Source: Leucoraja ocellata (Eukaryota). Taken from it: DNA of 64,000 nucleotides. Below, in pieces: positions 1 to 12,319 of the stretch. The position numbers and the translations under genes are program-made. The stretch covers positions 10,230,001 to 10,294,000 of the forward strand of contig JAWMAR010000009.1 in NCBI GenBank assembly GCA_036785375.1. The letters are read 5' to 3'. The notes under the pieces are model-generated. The model saw nothing but the letters and a program-made list of their open reading frames with translations, ran no database searches and had not been told where the DNA came from. Each line of letters begins with the position of its first letter. Positions within the stretch are counted from its first letter, which is position 1.

Positions 1-6
1 AGAATC

Positions 7-500
7 TGATTGATTGATTGATTGATTGATTTTAATGACCACACAGCCAGGCTGGTGGAATTTGTTATGCCAATGCAGCACATAGAAAAAAAAGAATACA
101 AACATGACAATACTAAAGAACTTTAACATGAAAACATCTCCCCACAATGGTTCCCATTATGAGGGAAGGCACAAAGTCCAGTCCCCGACCCCAGTTCCCC
201 CATAGTCGGGCCAATTGAGGCCTCCACAGTTGCCTCTACGGAGGCCCGATGTTCCAGGCCGTTCTTGCCGGTTGATGTTGTTCCGGCGTCAGGAGAGTCC
301 TCTCAGCGGCATGGGAACCCTGGAAACGGCCGCCTCCTTACTCGAGACCGTGGCTTCCGGAGCCGACAAGGCCGCGCCGAATGGAGCTCAACTGGCAATC
401 TCATCGAGAGATTCCAGGCTCCCGATGGAAAGTTCAGCGCCGCCGCCCGCAGCCGCTCCACAGACCCGCAGCTCCGCAACGGACCCAGCTCACCGCAGTT
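7..500 (-). mobile_element. GC-rich SINE-like/non-autonomous retroelement with a Rex1-like 3' tail ending in (ATCA)n
   Basis: (ATTG)n at 7-30 on plus equals a tail after ATTAAA on minus; terminal stem-loop CACCAGCC-T-GGCTG-TGTG; body similar to 33170-33340. Confidence 0.55.
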
Positions 501-929
501 CCAGCTCAACGACCCAGGCAAGGCACCGCCCTTGCACTGCAAAGGTCAATGAGTGCACCTCCCACATATTTTGTACAATAATCAGTTATTATTCATTCTC
601 ATTCATTCACCTGTAATATTAAATCTGTTTATTAATTTGAATTGGTGTGATTGGGTGGCAGAATGATGCACCCATCGTGTACCCATAAAAGAGTTAACTG
701 GCTCCTACTCTCTACCAGTGCTGCTCATGGCCTGGCTGCTGGGCTATGGATACGCTCTTCCACGGTAGACTGTCTACTCCAAGTTATAAGACAAAGCCTA
801 CAGCCTATACTTCCCTCAAAGCCACAAAACCTCGGCAGAATGGACGAGCAATATTTTAGCAAGATTTGTAATCAACTCCCTGACTAAACTTAAGGCAAAG
901 CAAGAACTAAAAATATTAAAGTCATATAC

Positions 930-1920
930 AATCATACAGTATGTCCATGTTGCCGAGATATTGGCCTATAGATGTTGGCCTATATGCCCACATTTTGGCC
1001 ATACCCCTCTAAACCATTTCAATCTATCTACTGGTTCAAATGACTTTAACATATTAGTTATTGTACCTGCCTCAACTACTTCCCCTGGCACCTTGTTCCA
1101 CATACCCATTCTTCCCTGTATGAAAAATGTTCCCCTCAGGTCCTATTTAATCTTTCCTCTCTCAACTTAAACCAATGCTCTTTAGTTCTTGGTGTTCTTG
1201 GATGTACATGATCAGCTCAGGAGATATATTTACCTTCATACATGTTTGGGCATCCAGCACCTCCATGGCTGGAATACAGAGTGTTCTCAAGTCATCAACA
1301 TTAACTTTCCCCATTTCCTTGACCTCATTGCTTTCCCTGTGATTAAAAAGTAGAAGAAATGTTAATTGAGGACATTGCTCATTGCCTATCTGTTGGGGTT
1401 TCATACATAGATGACGGCTTTGGATCCTAACGGGCCCTATTCTCTCTCGTTACCCTTTTCCCCATAATATACTTAGATTTAGCTTAGAGATTAAAAATAA
1501 AGCATCAAATCAAGCCCTTCGGCACGCCGAGTCAACGCCGACCTTCGATCACCCATTCACTTGTAAAATCACTTTGGATTCTCCTTAAACGTATCTGCCA
1601 GAGCTACCTCAAGTCCCTTTTTTGACTTCCTAATTTCCTTCTTAAGTATGCTGCTCAATCCCCTCTACTGCTCTAGGGATACCAGCTGCCTATATCTGAC
1701 TCGTGCCTCTCTTTATCCTGACCATAGCCTCAATCTGTCTCCTCATCCAGGTTTCCTTACTCCTACCTGCCTTGCCTTTCACTCTAACAGGAACATGCAT
1801 ACCTTTCACTATCCACTATTAAAATCATCCCATTTTCTGGATGTCCCTTTGCCTGCAAACAACTTACTCCAAACAACTTTTGCAAGCTCCTGACCAACCC
1901 ACTAAAGTTGGCCCCAATTT
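930..1920 (-). mobile_element. Degenerate, internally deleted CR1 LINE with an HE1-SINE 3' fragment inserted (~1475-1560)
   Basis: CR1 3' sequence at 930-1190; ORF 1162..1404 resembles the CR1 ORF2 'LKVDKSPGPDG' region. Confidence 0.65.
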
Positions 1921-3489
1921 AGAAGTTGTTCGGAGGTTGGCATGGCACTCAATAATATTGCCTCAACTTCGTAACAAGATTTCAGTAGAGGTTTTAGTAG
2001 ACAGTTTACAGTAATTCCCTCTCAGGTCTCTAGCATTGAAATAAATGTTATTTATTCCAACTATCTTTCCTCACGCCCAGCCATGCTCCTGCCTATCCTG
2101 TCCATTGACCTTGCTGTCATTGCCTCCTGTACTGACTTCCAGTCTCCCACTTGCCTCAATACTGCATTGGATCCCGACCCCCTGACAATCTAGTTTAAAC
2201 CCTGGATACAAGAAACTGCAGGTACTGGTTTACAAAACAAGACCCAAAGTGCTGGAGTAACCCAGCGGGTCCGGCAGCATCTCTGAGGAGGATGGATAGG
2301 TGACGTTTTGGGTCAGGACCCTTCTTCAACCCCTCTTTAAACCCTCCTGAGTTAAATACTCCCAGTAGCAAACCTGTACCTCTCGTACAGATCACCTCTA
2401 TTCCATAGAGAATGGTCTGTTTCCATGCTGTATGACCCGAGGAAGCTGCCATGTCCAAATCACCGAGGCTATCAGGATGGATGAGGCTGCAGCATAGTGC
2501 TGTAAATTCTTGAGCCATGTGTTGGCCAGTGTACATCAGCAACAGCATATTAATATAAGGTTAAACAAAAGAGATGGCTGTGCTTCTGAACAATTCTCTT
2601 TAGGATCAACTCTGTTCACTATCACAAAGGATTTTTCAACACTAATGATACTCTCGGGACAATTTACAAAGGACAATTAAACAACAAATCTGTGGGATGT
2701 GGGAGGAAACTCAAGCATTCAGAACACAAAATAAGGTTTTCAAGGTCAGTATATTGTCACATGTACCAGTCAAGGTACAGTGAAATTTGAGTTACCATAC
2801 AGCCATACTAATGGGCCTGTCCAACTTAGGCAATTTTTTCGGCGACTGGACCGCCCTACGGCAATATCTACATGGTTTTTTCCGTTTGCTTCCATAGTTT
2901 GTGGCAGTCAGACACTTGAGATGAGAGAAGAAGCTCTGATGTCAGGACCATGGACACAAACAAAATGTACAAAAAAAAGTACAAAAGTTAATCCTGGACA
3001 TTAATGGTCTTACTAGGCTAACGACTGCCAGACCTGTGAAGTTTACGGTGTGAGCTGAGACCTTAAAGCCTGTAAATGTAAAACAAATTACACGGTGAGT
3101 ATTAGAATGTGTAAACAAAATAGATAATTGGCAGGAAAGGAGCTATAAATAAAGAGGAGAATTGATCAGTGTTTGTTTCTCCCACGGAGAGCTTGTGTCA
3201 GACAATAACACTAAGTAGGCATTGGACCAAGTGCTGATAGATGGGATTAGTAAATCGAGAGTGATTAATTGTCATATGCATGGGGAATGGAACAATGAAA
3301 TTCTTACTTTCTGCAGCTTTACAGGCACATTAGTGCAAGTATAGATGGGTCCTTGATGGTCAGAATAAAGACGGTGGGCAGAAGGGACTGTTTCTTTGTT
3401 GTGTGACTGGGATCCAAAGCCATCCTTGCACACGGTGCCCACAGAGCAATCTGAATGAGTTACAATAACTTGTTTTTAAATAAAAAAAG

Positions 3490-3765
3490 ATATACAGCAT
3501 GGAAATAGGTCCCTCGGTCCACCGAATCCACGCTCACCTGCTGTCACCCATACACTATCCTACAGACTAGGGACAATTTATAGAAGCCAATTAACCTACA
3601 AACCTGCGTGTCTTTGGAATGTGTGTGGAAACCGGAGCACCTTGAGAAAACCCACGCAATCACAAGGAGAACGTACAAACTCCACACAAACAGCACCGAT
3701 AGTCAGGATTGAACCCGGGTCTCTGGTGCTGTCAGGCAGCAACTCTATCGTTGCGACATAGTGCT
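3490..3765 (-). mobile_element. tRNA-derived V-SINE (HE1-like)
   Basis: Minus strand AGAGACCCGGGTTCAATCC (B box) followed by GTGTGGAGTTTGTACGTTCTCC V-domain; several copies in the window. Confidence 0.85.
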
Positions 3766-4489
3766 GCTCTTTATTTTTAAATCTGGAGGCAGTCGTAGAT
3801 GTGATCGTCCTGTCAAACAAATTGACTAAACCCCAGGCATCCTTTTACTCAAAACAACCGTATCCATAGCATTCTGCTAAGCTTCTTCTGTCTGAAATTT
3901 ACTGTTACTGTAAATTCAGCTGTGTGATTTGTAGCTTCAAATACCCTAGTGTGGCTTGCAAACGTCTGCGCCCAATGGCATTTGTGTTGATTTACTGGAG
4001 TGCAAATTCTACAGGAGGCCTGGATGCTTTGTAACCCACTCACAAGATAGCACAAGAAAGAATGGGTGCCACTCTGCCAGGGTCAGTTAATGTGTGTACC
4101 ATTGTCCAAGTTAGTTTGTGAAGACTGCACTTGGAAAGTGTACCCGAGCCAGCTGAAGGGGAAGCGGAGAGAGAAAGGGGTCAGGGGGAGAGAAACAACT
4201 GGCCAAAGGAATAAGAAAACCAGAATGGAATCTGTTGAGAAACAGAAAGTAGATTGTCAGAACACCAAGCTTGTGTCAAACAAAGGTCTCCGTGCAATTC
4301 ACAATCAAAATCTGGAGTTTGTTGCAATTCTAAAATAAAATAAGAAAATGCTTTGCTTGAAACAGCCTGGTTAGGCAGCTTCTGTGGAATGAGAAACAGT
4401 TAACTTTTAAGGTTGTTGACTATTCATTAATTCTGAGCAGATTCCTATCCTGAATTTCCCCCTATGGAATTGACCCTCAACCATGACTG

Positions 4490-5580
4490 TAAGTAGAAAG
4501 AGAACCTGGCCTTCAGCTCCACGGGCCTGCTCTGCCATCCCATCGGATCTTTGGTGATCCAACGTTCCTCAAATCCACTTTCTTGCCCTTTCTCCAAAAC
4601 CCGTGATTCAGCAATCTCTCTCAGCCTTAAATATATTCAAGGACTTTGCTCCCTCTGTGGCAAGGAGTTCCAAATACTCTCAGCACTCAAAGGGAAGAAA
4701 TTATATCTCATCCCCGTCTTAATAACACATTCACTTATTCTGAGTCCATGGCCTGTGCTTCTGGACTCTGTCACGCGAGGAAACATCATCTCAGCATTTA
4801 CATATACATAGAAGATACATAGAAAATAGGTGCAGGAGTAGGCCATTCGGCCCTTCGAGCTTGCACCGCCATTCAATATGATCATGCATGATCATCCAAC
4901 TCAGTATCCCATACATGCCTTCTCTCCATACCCCCTGATCCCTTTAGCCACAAGGGCCACATCTAACTCCCTCTTAAATATAGCCAATGAACTGACCTCA
5001 ACTACCCTCTGTGGCAGAGAGTTCCAGAGATTCACCACTCTCTGTGTGAAAAATGTTTTTCTCATCTCGGTCTTAAAGGATTTCCCCCTTATCCTTAAAC
5101 TGTGAGCCCTTGTCCTGGACTTCCCCAACATCGGGAACAATCTTCCTGCATCTAGCCTGTCCAATCCCTTAAGCATTTTGTAAGTTTCTATAAGATCCCC
5201 CCTCAATCTCCTAAATTCTAGCGCGTATAAGCCGAGTCTATCCAGTCTTTCTTCATATGAAAGTCCTGACATCCCAGGAATCAGTCTGGTGAACCTTCTC
5301 TGCACTCCCTCTATGGCAATAATGTCCTTCCTCAGATTTGGAGACCAAAATTTCTTTCAGGTTTAACTTTGTAAGAATCTTGCGTTCCAATAAGATTGTC
5401 TCTCAATGTTTTCAACTCTAATTAGCTCCAATTTGTAGGACAATCCCTCCCAATCCAAAGTTATCCAAGTGAAACTTTTCAGAATAGCCTCCAATGGAAT
5501 AGTATTTTCTTTTAAATGGCGAAACCAAAAATTATGCCAGAACGCCAGACGTCTCACAAATACCTTGTACAGTTGCACTA
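4490..5580 (-). mobile_element. Old CR1 3' fragment interrupted by a young CR1 (HER1-type) 3' fragment at ~4801-5351
   Basis: ORF 4901..5305 is the CR1 ORF2 C-terminus (RRLRGDLIETYK...FFTQRVVNLWNSLP); flanking ORFs 4637..4885 and 5363..5578 are more decayed, collinear pieces. Confidence 0.9.
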
Positions 5581-5799
5581 AGGCTCTGCCCTCATTGCTG
5601 AATCTGCCGTCTCATTGATAGAAAATGATGTGCTTAACTCTGCTGATTACAGTGAAAGATCTCCGTGTGAGATCATCTTTCACTATGTGACAAATCTCGA
5701 TGTTCATTTCTTTCCAGGGGAGTGACTTCCTGCGAGGAACAATGGACCCTCACAGACTTCCTGCCCAAGCAACCTCACTCCATGCTGCAAAATAATGAT

Positions 5800-5955
5800 T
5801 CAATGACTGCCTCAGGAAAGCAGCCAACATAACTAAGGATCACCCACGCTCCAGTTATTTCCTCTTCTCTTCTCTCCCATTGTGCAGAAGGTACAGAAAC
5901 CTGAAAGCGTGCCACCATATTCAAGGACAGCTTCTTCCCTGTTGCCCTTGAACAG
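5800..5955 (+). mobile_element. Rex1/Babar-like LINE remnant (ORF end); its 3'UTR continues at ~6966-7400
   Basis: Conceptual translation resembles CLRKAANI.KD..H...LFS.LP..RRYR.LK......FKDSFFP. Confidence 0.55.
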
Positions 5956-5960
5956 GCGAA

Positions 5961-6966
5961 GCCCAGCTATTTACAATATATATTAATGATCTGGATGAGG
6001 GAATTGAAGGCAATATCTCCAAGTTTGCGGATGACACTAAGCTGGGGGGCAGTGTTAGCTGTGAGGAGGATGCTAGGAGACTGCAAGGTGACTTGGATAG
6101 GCTGGGTGAGTGGGCAAATGTTTGGCAGATGCAGTTTAATGTGGATAAATGTGAGGTTATCCATTTTGGTGGCAAAAACGGGAAAGCAGATTATTATCTA
6201 AACGGTGGCCGATTGGGAAACGGGGAGATGCAGCGAGACCTGGGTGTCATGGTACACCAGTCATTGAAGGTAGGCATGCAGGTGCAGCAGGCAGTAAAGA
6301 AAGCGAATGGCATGTTGGCCTTCATAGCAAGAGGATTTGAGTATAGGAGCAGGGAGGTTCTACTGCAGTTGTATAGGGTCTTGGTGAGACCACACCTGGA
6401 GTATTGCGTGCAGTTTTGGTCTCCAAATCTGAGGAAGGACATTATTGCCATAGAGGGAGTGCAGAGAAGGTTCACCAGACTGATTCCTGGGATGTCAGGA
6501 CTGTCTTATGAAGAAAGACTGGATAGACTTGGTTTATACTCTCTAGAGTTTAGGAGAATGAGAGGGGATCTTATAGAAACTTACAAAATTCTTAAGGGGT
6601 TGGACAGGCTAGATGCAGGAAGATTGTTTCCGATGTTGGGGAAGTCCAGGACAAGGGGTCACAGCTTAAGGATAAGGGGGAAATCCTTTAAAACCGAGAT
6701 GAGGAGAACTTTTTTCACACAGAGAGTGGTGAATCTCTGGAACTCTCTGCCACAGAGGGTAGTTGAGGCCAGTTCATTGGCTATATTTAAGAGGGAGTTA
6801 GATGTGGCCCTTGTGGCCAAGGGGATCAGAGGGTATGGAGAAAAGGCAGGTACGGGATACTGAGTTGGATGATCAGCCATGATCATATTAAATGGCGGTG
6901 CAGGCTCGAAGGGCCGAATGGCCTACTCCTGCACCTAATTTCTATGTTTCTATGTTTCTATGTTTC
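5961..6966 (+). mobile_element. Young 5'-truncated CR1 LINE (HER1-type), RT C-terminal region with open frame
   Basis: [10 protein letters not shown]...ISKFADDTKLGG RT motif; ORF 6093..6863; 3' stem-loop GGTGCAGG...CCTGCACC and (TTTCTATG)n tail. Confidence 0.95.
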
Positions 6967-7104
6967 CCACATGCTAAGAATGTATTCCTGATCTCCCAAC
7001 TACCTTGCACCTTTTTTGAATTGGCACTTTCTTAATAGCTGGGAAACTATATTCTGCACTGTTCATTTTTTTCTCTTTAAGGTGGTTGTGCTTATGTTTG
7101 GTAA

Positions 7105-7288
7105 AGCCCCTGTCCCACTTAGGAAACCTGAAGGGAAACCTCTGGAGATTTTGTGCCCCACCCAAGGTTTCCGTGCGGTTCCCGGAGGTTTTTGTCAGTC
7201 TCCCTACCTGCAACCTCCGTCAACCACCTGCAACCTCCGGGAACCACAAGGAAACCTTGGGTGGGGTGCAAAGTCTCCAGAGGTTTCC
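7105..7288. mobile_element. PIF/Harbinger-type MITE, palindromic, right TIR lost
   Basis: TAA + AGCCCCTGTCCCACTT terminus; ~57-bp inverted arms at 7134-7190 and 7232-7288. Confidence 0.75.
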
Positions 7289-7469
7289 AACATTGAAGAT
7301 AGCACACTATCTAAGATAGTGTGGTGTGATTGTACGATTCTCCCTGGCTAGTATTCAAAACAGTTATTTACCGTATCTCATTACATGGCAATGCTAAACC
7401 TATGAGCAATCGTTCTCATTCAAGATTCCATTGGAGAAGATGTAGAGATCTGCATCTTTTCAGAAGCTT

Positions 7470-7700
7470 AAAGAACATCCGAGAGTTTTACAGCCAATGA
7501 AATGCTTTTAGGAGTGCATTCCTGGCAAGAAACACAGCTGGGAATTTGTGTGTAACTGCAGTGGGCAGACAATCTGTTCTGGTGATGCTGGTTGAAGGAT
7601 CAGTATTGGCTGGGGATAAGTCACCAGATCTTCATCAATATTTTTCCAATTTACCTGACATGGCAAATCCCATTTCACCTGCAGCATTGAACCTGTGATG
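7470..7700 (-). mobile_element. Ancient Deu-domain SINE remnant (SacSINE1/AmnSINE1-like)
   Basis: Plus TTTACAGCCAATGAAATGCTTT...AATCTGTTCTGGTGATGCTGGTTGAAGGAT resembles the reverse complement of the Deu domain as I recall it. Confidence 0.55.
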
Positions 7701-7964
7701 ATCTTGCGTTCTTTCAGCTATACTCTAGGACAATCGACCTAGACTACAATTCTCATGAAATTAGGGTAAAATTGTATTTTAGAATCTTCTGCCTCAGAGG
7801 TGAAGGTGTATGGAGGGAAATTAAAATAAAATCAGAAAATGCTGGAAAAACTTAGAACAGGGAGCATCTGTGGAAAAGAAGTGTTAAAGATTCAGGCCCA
7901 GGATCATTGATTGGAGAGAGGCTGCTTCACCTGAATTATTAACCTTTCCTCTTTGCATAAATAT

Positions 7965-8215
7965 GTAGGAGGAACTGCAGATGCTGGTTTACTCCGAAGA
8001 TAGACACGAAATGCTGGAGTAACTCAGCAAGATAGACAGCAGGAATGGGGGAGGTTTTGGGTTGAGACCCTTCTTCAGTCTGAAGATCCTGAAACATCAT
8101 CCATTCCTTCTCTCCAGAGATGCTGTCTGACAGGCTGAGTTACTCCTGTATTTTGTGTCGATGCTCTTTACACAGATGCTGCCTGACCTCTGGAGAGATT
8201 CCAGTACTTTCTGAT
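7965..8215. mobile_element. Palindromic Penelope-derived short element
   Basis: ATGCTGGAGTAACTCAGC arm and its reverse complement flank a CTTCTTCAGTCTGAAG centre. Confidence 0.75.
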
Positions 8216-8979
8216 TATATTTGAGGTACCTTGGAAGTGGGGCCAGGAACTCGTCACAAATCATGGTGCATGGTCATCAGGCTGAAGACATCATCAACAG
8301 GGGAGTGAGACTTTGCTACTTCACTTCCCAGCCATGAGGTCCAAGGAGTTGGGTTAATGGCTTGGAGTGCAGATGGAGTAGGTGTTCCAGGGCTGAGTAA
8401 ATATCACTCAGCGACTAGACCAAGAACATTGCCTCTATTACAAGAGTGTTCATGCCCAGAGCTCAACATAAGAACTGAACAATTTTACATACAAACAGTC
8501 TGGGGAAGGAATGCATTTTGGTCAGTGATATCATATCTACCAGCAGTCCAAATTCAGTGGAAGTGAATATGGAACAAGCCTAACAACAGGCAGGAAGTGT
8601 AAGTCAAATATCTACCTCACTTCACTTTTTGCAAATGTAAAATTTGATTCATATATTTTGTGATTCAATTATAAAGTAATTTACTGATGGTTGTTCTCAA
8701 TATTATTTATCTTTGCATTCATCAGTGGAAAAATTCAAACCTCCAACTGAGAAGAAATAGGTCATTTGTTGTTGCATTTGTAGATTACACTATATTTTAC
8801 TGTAGTAGAGTTCAACTGTGTTAGTGCACATGAAGGAATACCGAGTCTGGCTGGCAATTAAAAAGTGATGCGTACCTTCACTAAAGTCATCGGGTATAAA
8901 ATCCAAGAAAGCTGTAAAAAGGTTACCATTCACCAACAGAAGTGTGACCCTGCTGAGTATGACAGCTTTCATTCCTATG

Positions 8980-9195
8980 CAAAAAATACAAAGTTCTGGA
9001 GTTACTCTGCGAGTCAGGCAGCACCTCTGGAGAACATGGACAGGTGACATTTCGGGTTGGGGCCCTTCTTCAGAGTGAAGGGTCCTGACCCAAAACATCG
9101 CTTACCCGTTCTCTAAAGATGCTGCTTATCCCGATGATTACTCCAGCATTTTGTGTTTTTGCTCAAGATTCCAGCATCTGCCACTCCTTGTGTCC
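8980..9195. mobile_element. Palindromic Penelope-derived short element
   Basis: ~90-bp imperfect inverted arms centred at ~9074 (CTTCTTCAGAGTGAAGGG). Confidence 0.75.
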
Positions 9196-9644
9196 AGCCT
9201 CATTCACACTTTGTAACTTGGTAAACTGGGTAGGCTAAATTGTCATTCAGGCCAGTTTATGAATACAAATGTGAAATGAGCTGTTTATGGTCTGTGAGTT
9301 TGAGAAGTACGGAAGAAACCGTGTAGACAATGCTACTAGATAGATGTTTAAGATGGTAGATTGTGCTATTCAATCAAACTGCATCTTTCTGGATGTTGAG
9401 CTTCAGTGTCCTTTGATCTGCACCCATTTAGCAAAATCGCCAATGCTATATCTTACTCTTATTTTGCTCCTTACAGGCAATGCACCATTTTGGGGGTGTC
9501 GGGAAGCAAGTCTTTTACACAAGATTACAGTGTCAACCCTGTTTGTTTCGCCAGAGTGCTTATTGGGCGGCTCCATATAATGAAATGGTGAAATGCAGTC
9601 ATCAGAACATTGATAATGCTGAAGGTAAACACAGAATTCTGCGG

Positions 9645-10660
9645 CACAGGCAGTGGGAGAGGCAGCATCTCTGGAGAGGAGGAATGGGTGACGTTTCGTG
9701 TTGAGACCCTTCTTCAGACTGATGTCAGGGGAGTGGGCGGTACAGAGATAGAATGTAGTCAGAGACAGTAAGACTGGTGGGAGAACTGGGAAGGGGGATG
9801 GGATGGAGAGAGAGGGAAAGCAAGGGCTACTTTAAGTTAGAGAAGTTAATATTCATACCTCTGGGGTGTAAGCTATCCAAGCGAAATATGAGGTGCTGTT
9901 CCTCCAATTTGCGCTGGGCCTCTCTGACAATGTCACATTGGGAATGGGAGTTCAAGTGTTGAGCAACTGGGACATCAGGTAGGTTAAGGCGGACTGAGCG
10001 GCGGTGTTCAGCGAAACGGTCGTTGAGCCTGCGCTTGGTCTCGCCGATATACAGGAGTTGACACCTGGAACAGCGGATACAGTAGATGAGGATGGAAGAG
10101 GTGCAAGCCTCACCTGAAAAGTCTGTCGGAGTTCTTGGATGGAGTCGAGGGAGGTAAAGGGACAGGTGTTGCATCTCCTGTGGTTGCAGTAGAAAGTACT
10201 TGGGGTGGGGGTGGTTTGGGTGGGAAGGGCCGAGTTGACCAGGGAATTGCGGAGGGAACAGTGTGCAAAAAGCAGAAGGGGTGAAGATGGTAAGATGTGG
10301 CCAGTAGTGAGATCCCGTTGGAGATGGAAAAAATGTTGTAAGATTATATGCTGTGTTCGATGGCTAATGGGGTGGAAGGCAAGGAAAAGGGGGACTCTGT
10401 CTTTGTTACGAATGGGGGGGGGGGGGGAGCAAGAGCGGAGCTGCAGGATATCGAGATCTTAGTGAGAGCCTCATCTATAATGGAAGAGGGGAACCCCCGT
10501 TTGCTGAAGAATGAGGATGACCTGGTATGGAAAACCCTCATCCTGGGCACAGATGCAGCATAGACGGAGGAATTGGAAGCAGAGGATAGTCTTTACTGGA
10601 AGCAGGGTGGGAAGAAGTGTAGTCTAGATAGCTATGGGAGTCAGTGGGTTTGTAATAGAT
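9645..10660 (-). mobile_element. Penelope-like retroelement 3' fragment with GIY-YIG endonuclease remnant
   Basis: ORF 9827..10174 IYCIRCSRCQLLYIGETKRRLNDRFAEH...RKLEEQHLIFRL...GMN; upstream FSKRGFPSSII segment; hammerhead-like end at ~9690-9717. Confidence 0.9.
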
Positions 10661-11679
10661 ATTATTAATGATAATGCTGACTTATTGATGGTGCCTCATA
10701 ACAGGACCCAAGGATGTGGTTCGACTGTCAGTGGAGTTGGGCATTGCCTGATACTTGTATGCCATAAAAATAACAAAAAAAAATAGATGCTGGAAATCTG
10801 AAATAAAAAAGCCTGAAAATATTGGAAATACTCAATCATCTTTGGCAGGAGAAAACTAATTAATGTTTCAGGTTAATGATCTGAGTGTGTGCTACTTTCT
10901 ATCAACAGCTTAAATCTGTATGATAAGACTTGCAGCTTCACAATCTGTGCATTGGTCATTGATCAGTCACTACTTCTGGCTCACAGCATGCTCCATCCCA
11001 CTATATTTTCTCCTATGACAATTCCACGGCCTTTTAATTTGTGTTGCCACTTGCAATGATTTGTGTCCACTGCTCCAGATTTCTGTTGTTTACTATTTTT
11101 CAAGCATTTTGATACTCTATTCTTCCCTCCAAAATATACCACTCATGGAGGTCAAATTAAAGTTCATTTATCTACTAGCCAATCTGACAGTTAATGACTA
11201 TGCTTCTGTACTTGAAATAATATATGCTGGAACAGTCAAAAGGTCAAGCAGCATCTGTTGAAAAAGAGAATTAATGTTCTTGGTCTAAAACTCTATGTGC
11301 ATTTATTTTACTTCAAAAGTCTTTTTTATTTACTTTTATTTTCCTGGATTTTATCAGCTTTCAATAGATTAAACTCCCCAGTTCAAGTTTTAACGCTGGT
11401 CCTCATCTTGGTCATCACGAAACACGTCTGTGAACCTCCTGACGAGCGGATTAACTTTCACACCCTATTGCCAATTTTCTAACTAGCGCTTAAAGTTGAA
11501 AGCCATTGTTTTTCCTCGGTATCTGAAAAATATAAACATGCTAGTTTCTCACTAATAGTTTATAAGAGCTGCAACTGAAAAATGGTTTCACCCATGTCAC
11601 AATTTCCCGCCGTTTAGAGGCACTTTGTTGGCAGCCAACAATATAGCCGCCTCCACGTGTTTATAGTTTTGTTATTTTT

Positions 11680-11955
11680 TTTAGTTTGGAGATATTGTGT
11701 GGAAACAGACCCTTCGGTCCACTATGTCCGTGCAGACCAACAATCACGCATATGCTAGCTTTATCCTACCCATACGGATCATTTATAGAAGCCAACTAAC
11801 CTACAAACCTGCACATCTTTTGAATGTGGAAAGAAATAGGAGCACCCGGAGAAAATCTACATGGTCACAAGGAAAATGTACAAACTCCTTGCAGACAGAA
11901 CCCGGTTCTCTGGCGCTGTAAAGCAGCAACGCTACTGCTACGGCACTGTGCCACG
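11680..11955 (-). mobile_element. V-SINE (HE1-like)
   Basis: Minus strand TGGCACAGTGCCGTAGC...TTTACAGCGCCAGAGAACCGGG tRNA-like head plus V-domain. Confidence 0.8.
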
Positions 11956-12319
11956 TATTTACTAATCCTTACGCCGATCACATTTTCTTCTGAAAAATAA
12001 TAAAACCTGCAGATGCTGCAAATCTGAAATAAAAGTACAAAATATTGGAAACATTCATCTGGTCCTAGTGTTGCCAGGCTTTTCTGCTTTTATTTTATTG
12101 TTTCTGCCCATTTTTGTTGCACTCCTCATCAAATTTCAGAACTATTGGGACCCAAAAGCCTCAAGTGAAGTTAAATATGTATCAGACATGTCCCGCTTGC
12201 AAAATCCTTCCTTGGCATCATCCCTCCCTACATCGCTAATATCTCCAACACCTAAGCAAGGCCTTCCTCTAGCGCCATCTACTTGGCAGTGTTGGCAGTG
12301 CTGTCGACCAGCTGGTAGA

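Noticed and set aside
215-616. GC-rich overlapping ORFs (133, 95, 79 and 66 aa)
   Set aside because: They lie in a repeat whose body recurs at 33170; no recognisable domain; long ORFs are expected at high GC.
1235-1336. Exon-like segment on minus (TTTTAATCACAG|...AAG|GTAAAT)
   Set aside because: The translation resembles the CR1 ORF2 region before LKVDKSPGPDG and is embedded in CR1 fragments downstream of the TANC2 stop; the splice-like ends are probably fortuitous.
6093-6863. 256-aa ORF as a host gene or novel reverse transcriptase system
   Set aside because: It is the C-terminus of CR1 ORF2 from a 5'-truncated copy with the standard tail.
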